From the IMG/VR virus record IMGVR_UViG_3300038675_000224, positions 1 through 28,342 of that record: a stretch of 28,342 nt of DNA. The stretch is one strand, 5' to 3'. The stretch comes from a virus (lineage: Duplodnaviria; Caudoviricetes). The notes below the pieces were generated by a model. It did not search any database. It was not told the DNA's origin and saw only the letters and a program-made list of their open reading frames with translations. The position numbers and the translations under genes were made by a program. Positions 16,908 to 24,944 of this stretch are shown here, one piece after another (the stretch's first letter is position 1; every line of letters begins with the position of its first letter).

Positions 16908-18658
16908 TTATAAGCCCCCAAGTGTTGTTTGATGTATCGGTTTCTAGCAAACACAGGCTTGCCCTCAACGGCGGTAAGGCCTATCGCGCCCTCGGGCGAA
17001 TCGACCTCTACCGGGATAAATCCCTTGTTCGTGACGTACTCCAATATTTCCGGCTTGTCGCGTTGGTGATCGCTGAAGAACAGCGGCACGTTCCGGTCCT
17101 CAGTTTGCTTTACCGGCGATTGCTGTGGCGCGTGTTCTGGCATAAGGCCGCTGAATACCTCCCAGTGCGCTTTTCCCCATGCCTCCCAGGTCCAATCTGC
17201 CGCCGCCATTTTGCCGTCGACTTTGGCGTGGTATAGGGGCTTCAAGGTTTCAATCAGCGCGTCGTAATCCCCGGCCGGATACCGCAACAAGCACGGGTGA
17301 TCCGCGTGCTCGTCCACCAGGCCAATGCCGGCAGGCATCACCGTTGGCTTACACAAGGCCAGCCCTTCCTTGCACGACATGGGGCCGCCTTCGCCCCCGT
17401 AGTCAGGCACGGCGGTGGACGCCACCACATCGCAGGCAAGGTATTGTAGGTGTAATTCGGCCTCGGACATGGCCCCGCCAGAGCAAATACATTCCAGCCA
17501 TGGCTCATGGCGCAGCCGCGCCCAAAGCCGTTTCCCTTTGCGCTCACCGTAACTTCCGTCCGGCATTTTGCAGGGATTGAATATGCGGAGGCGCGGATCC
17601 AAAAACCATGCATCCACGCCGGGAGGGATGTGCGTGATCTTGTGCTCCGGGACGCCCTGTTCAATCAGGTGTTGCTTCCACTTATGGGCCATCACCACAA
17701 TATGGTCCGCTTCCCGTGTTGCGCGCGCCCAAGTGGCCGGAATCTCGGGGTGAGTGCAAAACACCACATCGTGGCCTTGTGTTTTGTGGCGGAATCCTCG
17801 ATAGGGGTTATAATAATTGATCACGCCTGCCTGATTCACGGGGCGATCACCTTCCGTGCAAATTGCCCCCTCGGGCGCGGTCTCCTGTATCGCCCTACAC
17901 ATGCGGCCGAGAATCCAGTTGTGCTGGTCGCGTGCGATAACGCAATGGATACGCTGAGGCCCCTTTAGCATTTGGACCTTAATCTTGTTTCTGTTCTCTG
18001 GTGCCTGCTGGCAGACGTAGTGCAAAAAATGCGCCCGCCGTACCTCTGGATTGGGACGCGTGCTAAAAGTGTTGTATCGCCTGTCCAGCCTACCAATGTT
18101 GATCTTAGCCGCATTGATTCTGTAATTAATCCAGGGCATGTTTTTGACCACAAGATTGCCCCCGACGTGGAAACGCCGCTCGCATGGATTGTAGGGCGGC
18201 ATCTGGTATATAGACCTTACGGCCTCCGCATCGAGCAGGGCAACGCCTGGATTCCACCATGCGGATTTGTCCCAACAAAAGCCGGTCGTATCAATGCCGC
18301 ATTGCCGCAGGTGTGATACCACTTCCTGTCTATGAAGTTCGACGTGGTGGTTCATGACCTCCAGTTCGTTGACCATCCAGTTACCGCGCGGGTATTGCTT
18401 ATAGATATCAGGGGCGCATGCAAGCGGCTTAACGTCGGCATCCATAATCAATACGCGCTCATCGCCGTTAAATGGATATTCCCCGGCCTCAAAGATTCTG
18501 AATTTTCCGTGATACCATCGCGCGTCGTTGCCCAAAAAATAATGGACTGTTGCTCCACACCTGACAGCGTATTCCTCGATACACTGCCGCGTGCATTCCA
18601 GGACACATTCCATATCAGGCGTGCAAGCAACAAAAATCAGCCTACTACTGCCAACCAT
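16904..18658 (-). CDS. Two-domain glycosyltransferase (GT8-like GT-A fused to GT4-like GT-B)
   Basis: N-domain: VLIMDAD, WNPGV, RYN, HFLHY. C-domain: ADHIVV...ITHIPPGVD, RKG, EX7E motif EGGPMSCKE. Confidence 0.8.
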   Translation of the reverse strand: MVGSSRLIFVACTPDMECVLECTRQCIEEYAVRCGATVHYFLGNDARWYHGKFRIFEAGEYPFNGDERVLIMDADVKPLACAPDIYKQYPRGNWMVNELEVMNHHVELHRQEVVSHLRQCGIDTTGFCWDKSAWWNPGVALLDAEAVRSIYQMPPYNPCERRFHVGGNLVVKNMPWINYRINAAKINIGRLDRRYNTFSTRPNPEVRRAHFLHYVCQQAPENRNKIKVQMLKGPQRIHCVIARDQHNWILGRMCRAIQETAPEGAICTEGDRPVNQAGVINYYNPYRGFRHKTQGHDVVFCTHPEIPATWARATREADHIVVMAHKWKQHLIEQGVPEHKITHIPPGVDAWFLDPRLRIFNPCKMPDGSYGERKGKRLWARLRHEPWLECICSGGAMSEAELHLQYLACDVVASTAVPDYGGEGGPMSCKEGLALCKPTVMPAGIGLVDEHADHPCLLRYPAGDYDALIETLKPLYHAKVDGKMAAADWTWEAWGKAHWEVFSGLMPEHAPQQSPVKQTEDRNVPLFFSDHQRDKPEILEYVTNKGFIPVEVDSPEGAIGLTAVEGKPVFARNRYIKQHLGAYK

Positions 18659-19185
18659 GAATAATCCTCAAACACGCGAACGGATTTGAAATACCGATCC
18701 ACGGCCGTTTGAACCCCCGACCCCTCAACATAATCGTGCCCGCCTATGTAATCGCCCTTGCCCAGTCGGGCAAGACAAGAGACTATATCAGCCTCAACCG
18801 CTCGCCTTCGGTGATTGCCGTCGATATAAAAAATATACTTGCCCGCTGGAAGCACTGGAATAACCCGCGTGCTGTAGCCCCGAATGTGCTCGATGTTTGT
18901 CGCTTGGGCTGTGCGGCGCAGGTAGCATTTGTATATATCCTCCACACCTTCCCATGGATCCATGTCGATCACGCGCCGAAAATAGCGAGATTGAATCAAC
19001 GAACCCTCGCCTGTATACGCGCCAATTACGGCCAGCGCATCCCGCAATTCCTCGGGGATCGCCTCACACCATGCCTGCAACCCGCGCACCCATTTCGTTC
19101 CCACAGGTCGCAGCACGCGGAACCCGTCAGCGTCCCAGTACTTGCAGTTGTCATCTAGTCTTACGTAAGGCGTGCCGTTATACAT
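18637..19185 (-). CDS. Class I SAM-dependent methyltransferase (Methyltransf_24-like)
   Basis: IGAYTGEGS, DPW, FYIDGNH and GGHDY motifs. Confidence 0.85.
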   Translation of the reverse strand: MYNGTPYVRLDDNCKYWDADGFRVLRPVGTKWVRGLQAWCEAIPEELRDALAVIGAYTGEGSLIQSRYFRRVIDMDPWEGVEDIYKCYLRRTAQATNIEHIRGYSTRVIPVLPAGKYIFYIDGNHRRRAVEADIVSCLARLGKGDYIGGHDYVEGSGVQTAVDRYFKSVRVFEDYSWLAVVG

Positions 19186-19268
19186 ACAATGATTTCCTTA
19201 TTAGCCCGTGCCATTTGAAACCTTAGGGTGCTGCTGTCGGGCGTGCATACAAGTATGGATACTCTCAC
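19161..19268 (-). pseudogene. 35-aa remnant of a glycosyltransferase N-terminus
   Basis: GTG overlaps the upstream TGA; (M)RVSILVCTPDSSTLRF mirrors RLTILICTPDSQSQRF of the adjacent GT2. Confidence 0.6.
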
Positions 19269-20011
19269 GATATTCTCCTTAGTTCTTCGGGCCAGTGGTG
19301 GGAGTACCGTTCATACACATCGTCAAGCCGCCCTGTGTTTATCCAGTTTTTACGGAACACCTCCTCGTCATGGCGGAATAGCGGCTTTCTGTTAATTCCC
19401 AAATCCCGCATGGTCCCGCCGCTGTCGTGTATGATTTTCTCCGGTATGACAACCGTGGACAGGCCGCGCTCCCACAATCGGAATGACATGTCTGGATCGA
19501 AACAATATTTCTCATATTCCAGGCTGTAGCGCATGCCGCCGAGGGCATGTGTGTTGATCAGTGAGCAGCACGAGCCAATACACGGGACATATATCGGCGC
19601 GCTGATTTCGCCTCGAAACAAGACCGCCTCGCCATTGCGCCTGAACGTTGCGCCACGGGACAAGATACGCCCATCAGGGAAGGTAGTGGACGGGCTGATA
19701 ATGCCCACACCCGGCCCCAGTTGCGCCAGCATCGCCTCCAGCCATGCGCCGGACAAAACAACATCATCATCAATCGTAAGCAGCGGGCCGGGAGAAATAT
19801 CTAGAGCCCGGTTGATTTCTGTCTGGTGGCTGAATTCAAGGTTGCGCCGATTGTCGTGAATCATCAGGTCGTAGGCCATGCCGCGCGTGGTTGCGATAAG
19901 GCTTTCACAACACCGCACAAAACGTTGGCTTTGGCTGTCCGGCGTGCAAATAAGGATTGTCAGTCGCCCTTGTTTTTTCGGCTCAAATACAGGATAGTCG
20001 TACAAGCTCAA
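19265..20011 (-). CDS. Glycosyltransferase family 2
   Basis: TILICT first strand, IDDDV DxD motif, FDPDMSFRL, IIHDSGGT; probable TTG start at 20011 coupled to the terL stop (alternatives 20056, 20068). Confidence 0.85.
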   Translation of the reverse strand: MSLYDYPVFEPKKQGRLTILICTPDSQSQRFVRCCESLIATTRGMAYDLMIHDNRRNLEFSHQTEINRALDISPGPLLTIDDDVVLSGAWLEAMLAQLGPGVGIISPSTTFPDGRILSRGATFRRNGEAVLFRGEISAPIYVPCIGSCCSLINTHALGGMRYSLEYEKYCFDPDMSFRLWERGLSTVVIPEKIIHDSGGTMRDLGINRKPLFRHDEEVFRKNWINTGRLDDVYERYSHHWPEELRRIS

Positions 20012-21243
20012 TGATACAGCCTCGCTTCTTTTCGGACGCTCTGTTCCTTCAACCATGTTGCCGCCCACACAAAAGCATCAAGGCGGTTCGGGCTTTCCGT
20101 TGCGCCCGGCTCCCACAGGCACAACTCGGATTCCAATTTGTCAAATCGTCCGACGTGGTGGACCTTGCCCTGTTCAGTCAACAGGCTGATAGGTTCCGCG
20201 CGTGTGTACTTGCCGCGCGATGCGTGTACGCCATGCATGTGCGCCTCGCCCGCCGTCTGCAATGTCTGCCTCACCATTTCGCCGCCCTGGTTGGTTTCGT
20301 AAATGATCTTATTCGCTTCGTGCCGTTCATACGCGCGGATCGCGGCCTGTGCCCAAACAATCGGCGCGCCTTGCAGACTAACGTCATCCAATACGTAGTA
20401 GTGATCATCCGTGCCAAAGCCTACCACCACAATGCCACATTCGTCGCCCATGCTGGTTATGGATGGATCAACGCCCACAGCAATTAATTTTAGGTCCGGC
20501 GCCTTGTCCACGCGCAACCGCTCGATCACGTCCCAGCGCCATAATGCGCCCGGTGCTTCGTCCACGTCCTCAGCCATGATTTCCTGTTTGTACGCAAGTG
20601 CCGTCATGTCCGCGCGTATTTCGTCCAAGGCGTCCGCGCTTATGTGCGGGTTCTCAAGGCTGGTAAAGTGGAAGCACGCCCAGCGCCCGTCAGTGTCATG
20701 CGCGTGCTTGCGGTATAGTTCAGCCGCATGGCGCGGGTTGCGCGCCTTAGTGCGGCTTGTAGTGCGTAAGGACGGCGGCGTGTAGATGAATATCGCGTCC
20801 CCGTCATTGTCCAGCAGCATCGGCGCGCCTACCGTGTCCCATGTGTCCTCAGACATTAGCTGGAACTCATCAAGGATAAGAACGTCCGCATAGTCACCGC
20901 GTAGTGTATCCGCGTTCCATGCCGTCTTAGCGCGTATGCGCTGCTTGGTGTGCGGTAGTTCTATCGTGTGGTTGGTTTCGTTTTTGGTGAATACGTTTGC
21001 ATCCACGGCCTCGCGCAAGGCCTCGCACACCTCAAACCAGAACGTTGCAACTTGGTCCTGTGTCGGTGCCGCGTACAACACGCGCCGCCCCGCAAGAAAC
21101 ATCTCAACCGCGTAGATCGCCATGCCAACCGTCTTGCCGCCGCGGCGACCCGCGCGGATGATGCGCCGCTTGGCTTTGCTGTCTAGGAATTCCCGCTGTT
21201 TGGCGTGCGGGTTGCGAAGGTGGATTTTAATCTCTTTCGCCAT
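20008..21243 (-). CDS. terL: Terminase large subunit
   Basis: Walker A RAGRRGGKT, Walker B LILDE, nuclease VGVDP and SPNRLDA motifs. Confidence 0.96.
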   Translation of the reverse strand: MAKEIKIHLRNPHAKQREFLDSKAKRRIIRAGRRGGKTVGMAIYAVEMFLAGRRVLYAAPTQDQVATFWFEVCEALREAVDANVFTKNETNHTIELPHTKQRIRAKTAWNADTLRGDYADVLILDEFQLMSEDTWDTVGAPMLLDNDGDAIFIYTPPSLRTTSRTKARNPRHAAELYRKHAHDTDGRWACFHFTSLENPHISADALDEIRADMTALAYKQEIMAEDVDEAPGALWRWDVIERLRVDKAPDLKLIAVGVDPSITSMGDECGIVVVGFGTDDHYYVLDDVSLQGAPIVWAQAAIRAYERHEANKIIYETNQGGEMVRQTLQTAGEAHMHGVHASRGKYTRAEPISLLTEQGKVHHVGRFDKLESELCLWEPGATESPNRLDAFVWAATWLKEQSVRKEARLYH

Positions 21244-21583
21244 ACACCACCCTTAGCGTGATTGTTCCCTCGTGCTCGGTCTGGTTGCGCTCGTTCCATT
21301 CGCGCCCGCCCAGGCATTTTTGCAGGTAGATCGCTGCCGCCGCGTTGCCCTTGTCAGCCATGCGCATGAGGGCGACCGTGTTGCGGCCTAACGCTTCGTC
21401 CCGCGCGCTGTCCAGTTCCTCCCGGTAATGCTTGATCAATGTCTTTTTGTCAATACCAACAACATTAGATATGCGGGCCTGCGTAACGCCCGCCGTAACC
21501 AAAGCGCGCACCATAGTCCGCTGTAGGGTCGTTGGATTATGTGGCGGTTGCCCCCGCCCTTTTTTAGTGGTGGAAGTATTCAT
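21227..21583 (-). CDS. terS: Terminase small subunit
   Basis: HTH (GVTQARISNVVGIDKKTLIKHYREEL), GNAAAAIYLQK; overlaps the terL start. Confidence 0.8.
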   Translation of the reverse strand: MNTSTTKKGRGQPPHNPTTLQRTMVRALVTAGVTQARISNVVGIDKKTLIKHYREELDSARDEALGRNTVALMRMADKGNAAAAIYLQKCLGGREWNERNQTEHEGTITLRVVYGERD

Positions 21584-21585
21584 TT

Positions 21586-21849
21586 TTAACTCTGCAAATA
21601 CATCACCACGCCTGCCGCGATCACGCCATAAATCAGCGGCAGCGCGGGTGTCAGGAATCGCCACAATAAACTGTTGTTTCGCTCCATGGCGCGTTCAATC
21701 CGATCAATGCGCGTTTCATGGCTTGGCTTACCGTTACCGTCTCTCAATACCGTCCAAATGGCCTGCATCATCTGGTCTCCCCGCTCAAGCCGGTGCTCGA
21801 TATCGGCGTGCAATTTAAGACACAGGTCGTGATTGTACTGCTGCTCCAT
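21586..21849 (-). CDS. Small membrane protein (coiled coil plus C-terminal TM); possible holin-related
   Basis: C-terminal hydrophobic PALPLIYGVIAAGVVMYL. Confidence 0.6.
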   Translation of the reverse strand: MEQQYNHDLCLKLHADIEHRLERGDQMMQAIWTVLRDGNGKPSHETRIDRIERAMERNNSLLWRFLTPALPLIYGVIAAGVVMYLQS

Positions 21850-21859
21850 TCGTACCCCT

Positions 21860-22087
21860 TCATTGTTCGTTGTCCGTGTTATCGGCGTATATCTTAATTA
21901 TGTCGCGATAAATCCTGAACATATCATTCCACCTTCGTCCGTAAGTTGCTGTGCCTAAAGCATGGGCTTTTACTTGACTTTTGCTTTCCGTGATAATGCG
22001 GTGTATGCTCGTGTATTCAATCACAGAGCATTTCCACTCCCAATAATATCGGCAATAAAGGCCATATAATGCGCGTCCGATAGTCAT
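21860..22087 (-). CDS. Hypothetical protein (AT-rich)
   Basis: 75-aa ORF, ATGA-coupled to the upstream gene. Confidence 0.5.
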   Translation of the reverse strand: MTIGRALYGLYCRYYWEWKCSVIEYTSIHRIITESKSQVKAHALGTATYGRRWNDMFRIYRDIIKIYADNTDNEQ

Positions 22088-22641
22088 TGTCCATTATCCG
22101 TGCTGTCTTCTTGCGGCAACGACACGCCCGACACCGTCGCCCCGCTCGTGCTGTCCTGTGTGCCAAACTTGTCGGAAAACAATTTGCCCAGGGCGCCGCT
22201 CCAATCCGCCTCTATCCGTATCGTTTCGCCCGTGCGCTCGCCCGTGGTCACGTCCCAGACCGCCCCGTCGTAGTCCACGCCGCGCTCGTACCCCAATTCC
22301 CGCGCGATACGAAGCACATCATGCCACGGCTCCCACCAGTCCCGCGCGTCGTCACTCTGTTGGACTTTGGCAAGCATCACGATATCGTTGTCTGCGTTTG
22401 GCTTTTGGCGGAATAGTAGCAGCCGCGAAATCACCGGGACGATAAGCACAATCAGGGCCACGGCGACATCGTTGTCTGCCACCTGCGGCACAAAATAGCC
22501 CACGGCGGCAAGCAGCACGCCCGCGATCAGGATCGCCGTGTATTGGGCCTTGGTGGTCTTGGATTGCGCCAGCGTCGCCAAGACTTTGCCGCGCCGGATG
22601 ATGCCGAAAAGCGACGGAATCAAACTTAAGAATTTAAACAT
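22084..22641 (-). CDS. Membrane protein with two predicted TM helices; holin candidate
   Basis: AILIAGVLLAAVGYFV and VAVALIVLIVPVI segments; lies in the lysis block. Confidence 0.6.
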   Translation of the reverse strand: MFKFLSLIPSLFGIIRRGKVLATLAQSKTTKAQYTAILIAGVLLAAVGYFVPQVADNDVAVALIVLIVPVISRLLLFRQKPNADNDIVMLAKVQQSDDARDWWEPWHDVLRIARELGYERGVDYDGAVWDVTTGERTGETIRIEADWSGALGKLFSDKFGTQDSTSGATVSGVSLPQEDSTDNGQ

Positions 22642-22777
22642 CGGAATTCTCCCGTTGCGGTTTCCTCTTGACCACTACTCCCCCGTACCCATCCGACCAA
22701 TCCGGCCATAGGTAAGAATGCGCCGTAATTTTGCCGCCCGCAGGGAAGAATAAATTTCTAATCAATCCCCAAATCAT
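22634..22777 (-). CDS. Small hypothetical protein not in the ORF track
   Basis: RBS AAGGGG then MIWGLIRNLFFPAGGKITAHSYLWPDWSDGYGGVVVKRKPQRENSDV; stop overlaps the next start. Confidence 0.55.
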   Translation of the reverse strand: MIWGLIRNLFFPAGGKITAHSYLWPDWSDGYGGVVVKRKPQRENSDV

Positions 22778-22800
22778 CTCTGTTCCCCTTTATGAGCCGC

Positions 22801-23235
22801 TCACCGGAGATTACCCACCACCTGCGACAACACAAAAAAGGCGCGGTCCACAGCCAACGATATAGCCTGCAACCGCACCTCGTTCACGCCCACCGCCTCG
22901 CAGAGCGCAAGAACATCCCCCGCCACCACACGTAATTGAGCAACCGCAGCCTCGAGTTTATCCCGGTCAAGATCACTCAAGTCCACCGCCAGCGCGTCAC
23001 GGGCAACGGCAAACGCCAGCATGCTATGTTCCCGCGCCGTGTCAATGGTCGCCGCGTCCGCGCCCCGCATTTCGGCCAGGGTCAGCCCCAGGTCCAAGGC
23101 CAGTTGCGCGCCGTTGACAAGCCGCACAAGGTCCGCGCGCGTGATGGTCTGCGGCTGTTGCGTCTGGCAGCCGGACAGCGTGACGGCGAATACCATGCAC
23201 GCTAACACGGCCAGTGTTACAATGCTTCGATTCAT
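22801..23235 (-). CDS. Lipoprotein (possible spanin-like lysis component)
   Basis: Signal peptide with lipobox LSGC; helical mature part; lies downstream of the endolysin. Confidence 0.7.
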   Translation of the reverse strand: MNRSIVTLAVLACMVFAVTLSGCQTQQPQTITRADLVRLVNGAQLALDLGLTLAEMRGADAATIDTAREHSMLAFAVARDALAVDLSDLDRDKLEAAVAQLRVVAGDVLALCEAVGVNEVRLQAISLAVDRAFFVLSQVVGNLR

Positions 23236-23245
23236 ATCGGTCTCC

Positions 23246-23473
23246 TTAAAATTTATCCTTAGCGCGGTCTTTCGCGCACTGGTAAGCGTCCTTCAAAATT
23301 TCGACTTGTTCTTTTAGTGCCGCGATTTGCTTGCGATTTTCGATGCACTCACTAATCAGGGCGGATAGCGCATTACCCTGAACGCCGTAAATTGCGGTAG
23401 GGTCTGGAAGATCCGCTAAAGTTCCAACAAGTTCAAAATCCGTCCAGGATTTTTTATTGGGCATTAAAATCAT
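23246..23473 (-). CDS. Hypothetical protein with coiled coil
   Basis: Start MILMPNKK at 23473 after AAGGA; IENRKQIAALKEQVEILKD. Confidence 0.6.
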   Translation of the reverse strand: MILMPNKKSWTDFELVGTLADLPDPTAIYGVQGNALSALISECIENRKQIAALKEQVEILKDAYQCAKDRAKDKF

Positions 23474-23480
23474 ACAATCC

Positions 23481-23852
23481 TTACCACGAACGGACATCAC
23501 AGTGAACGCCCCAATCGTATTTGATGACGTTCGGAATGCCCGCCTTGCGGGCCATGTTTGCAAACTTGATGGGTGTCAGCCCGCGCGGTGTCGGAAGGTC
23601 CGCCGCCAGCCCCAGCATGTGCGTGCTGAATTTCGCGCCGCCCACACGGGCGTTATGGACCTTGCAGCGAAAGCCGGAATTGATAAGCAGCGGCCCGCCC
23701 ACAATCGAGCGCAATTTTTCGAGCAAGAATACCAACTCAAAATTTATCGGGGCTGCGCCACCGCAACAGTTGCGGCCCTTGCAGGCAAATTCCGACAGCG
23801 CGAAATGTTCGGTGATTTGGCCGGTCTTTGCGAAATCTTTATGCAGCGTCAT
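23481..23852 (-). CDS. Endolysin, peptidase M15A family
   Basis: HFALSEFACK, INSGFRC, SxH-x5-AD (STHMLGLAAD) and VHCDVR Zn-peptidase motifs; RBS GGAG. Confidence 0.92.
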   Translation of the reverse strand: MTLHKDFAKTGQITEHFALSEFACKGRNCCGGAAPINFELVFLLEKLRSIVGGPLLINSGFRCKVHNARVGGAKFSTHMLGLAADLPTPRGLTPIKFANMARKAGIPNVIKYDWGVHCDVRSW

Positions 23853-23862
23853 AGCGTGCTCC

Positions 23863-23952
23863 AAAAAAATAAGCGCGGGCGGGAACCAAGGGAAGTGAAG
23901 GAAAGGGAATGGGAAGTGGTGATCAGGTAATGTGTCAACCGCCCGCCCGCGC
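23863..23952 (-). terminator. Long-loop terminator or attenuator in the late leader
   Basis: Perfect 11-bp stem GCGCGGGCGGG/CCCGCCCGCGC, 58-nt loop, then TTATTTTTTT. Confidence 0.6.
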
Positions 23953-23986
23953 CGGAAAGCATTTTGTTGATCGCGTCCATGCCGGA

Positions 23987-24015
23987 ATTATAGCACAGTT
24001 CGGGATTTGGCGCAA
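23987..24015 (-). promoter_or_regulatory. Putative late promoter TTGCGC-17-TATAAT
   Basis: Minus strand reads TTGCGC caaatcccgaactgtgc TATAAT with extended -10 TG, upstream of the lysis/structural operon. Confidence 0.75.
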
Positions 24016-24051
24016 GGCGGGATAGAAACCACAGCGCGAAATCTTGCGGGG

Positions 24052-24237
24052 TCATTCGTCCCCATCCTGTCTGTCGGGCAGAGGCATCCATTCGGTAACA
24101 GCGTCATATTCCGATGTGGGCGGATCCCATTGTGTGCCCGTCCACTCAATGATGTCCCAGCAGCTGGATTTGCCATGCCACACCAACACCCTCCCTTCTT
24201 TTTCCGGCATCCGCTCGCTGCATTTAATCCATTTCAT
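24052..24237 (-). CDS. DUF551-like phage protein
   Basis: MKWIKCSERMPE...VTEWMPLP signature. Confidence 0.88.
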   Translation of the reverse strand: MKWIKCSERMPEKEGRVLVWHGKSSCWDIIEWTGTQWDPPTSEYDAVTEWMPLPDRQDGDE

Positions 24238-24517
24238 TGCTTGCCTCCTTCCGTGGCCTACCGCGTCGCGGCAGGGCTGACCCTATGCCAGCCCCACCAA
24301 CGACGGGCGTTATACAGTCAAAACTATCGGCTTGTTGTGAAAGCCATAATTCAAATTCCGGTTGACTAAGTTTTTCAACTTGCTTTAGGAGATCCGAATC
24401 CTTAAACATAATGTCCATTTTGGCATAGTGTTTTTTGTCCGTCGGTGACGGTTGCCACTCGCCGCCGAAATAGATCGGGTTGTTCGACCCGGCGTAATCA
24501 ATGCGTTTATGTGCCAT
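24224..24517 (-). CDS. Hypothetical protein with C-terminal AT-hook-like motif
   Basis: PRRGRPRK near the C-terminus; overlaps neighbouring genes. Confidence 0.6.
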   Translation of the reverse strand: MAHKRIDYAGSNNPIYFGGEWQPSPTDKKHYAKMDIMFKDSDLLKQVEKLSQPEFELWLSQQADSFDCITPVVGGAGIGSALPRRGRPRKEASNEMD

Positions 24518-24944
24518 ATGTGAACTCCTTAAATGCGCGATCGTACAAAATCACATTGACGCACGCCGCAAGGTTTAAGCAACGATTTGACGGGATATAA
24601 ATCACGTCGCGGCACCACGACAAAACGCGATCTCCCAATGTCGCATCCTCCGCTCCAAAAATATAGAACGCGCGCTTCGGGTGCTTATACTCAAAAATGC
24701 TTTGCGCCCCATCAATCAAATCTACAGCGACGGGCATGCAGTCATACGGGATGATTGCGCGCAAATCCTCGCACTGAATAAGTGGAATGTGGCGATACTG
24801 TTTCATGGTATCGGTGGGCGCTTTTTTGTATCGCCTTCCTGATACCGCAATCATGGCCGCGCCAAAAACACCGCACGCACGTAACGCACTGCCGATGTTT
24901 GCGTCTGTTTTTGGATTGTCCAGTCCAACCGCAGAATAACTCAT
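24507..24944 (-). CDS. SpoU/TrmH-family (SPOUT) RNA methyltransferase
   Basis: LDNPK..NIGSALRAC, YIFGAEDATL and CLNLAACVNVILYDR correspond to SPOUT motifs 1-3. Confidence 0.9.
   Translation of the reverse strand: MSYSAVGLDNPKTDANIGSALRACGVFGAAMIAVSGRRYKKAPTDTMKQYRHIPLIQCEDLRAIIPYDCMPVAVDLIDGAQSIFEYKHPKRAFYIFGAEDATLGDRVLSWCRDVIYIPSNRCLNLAACVNVILYDRAFKEFTYGT

Noticed and set aside
23933-23938. TTGACA inside the late leader as a second promoter
   Set aside because: No -10 hexamer at 16-18 nt spacing
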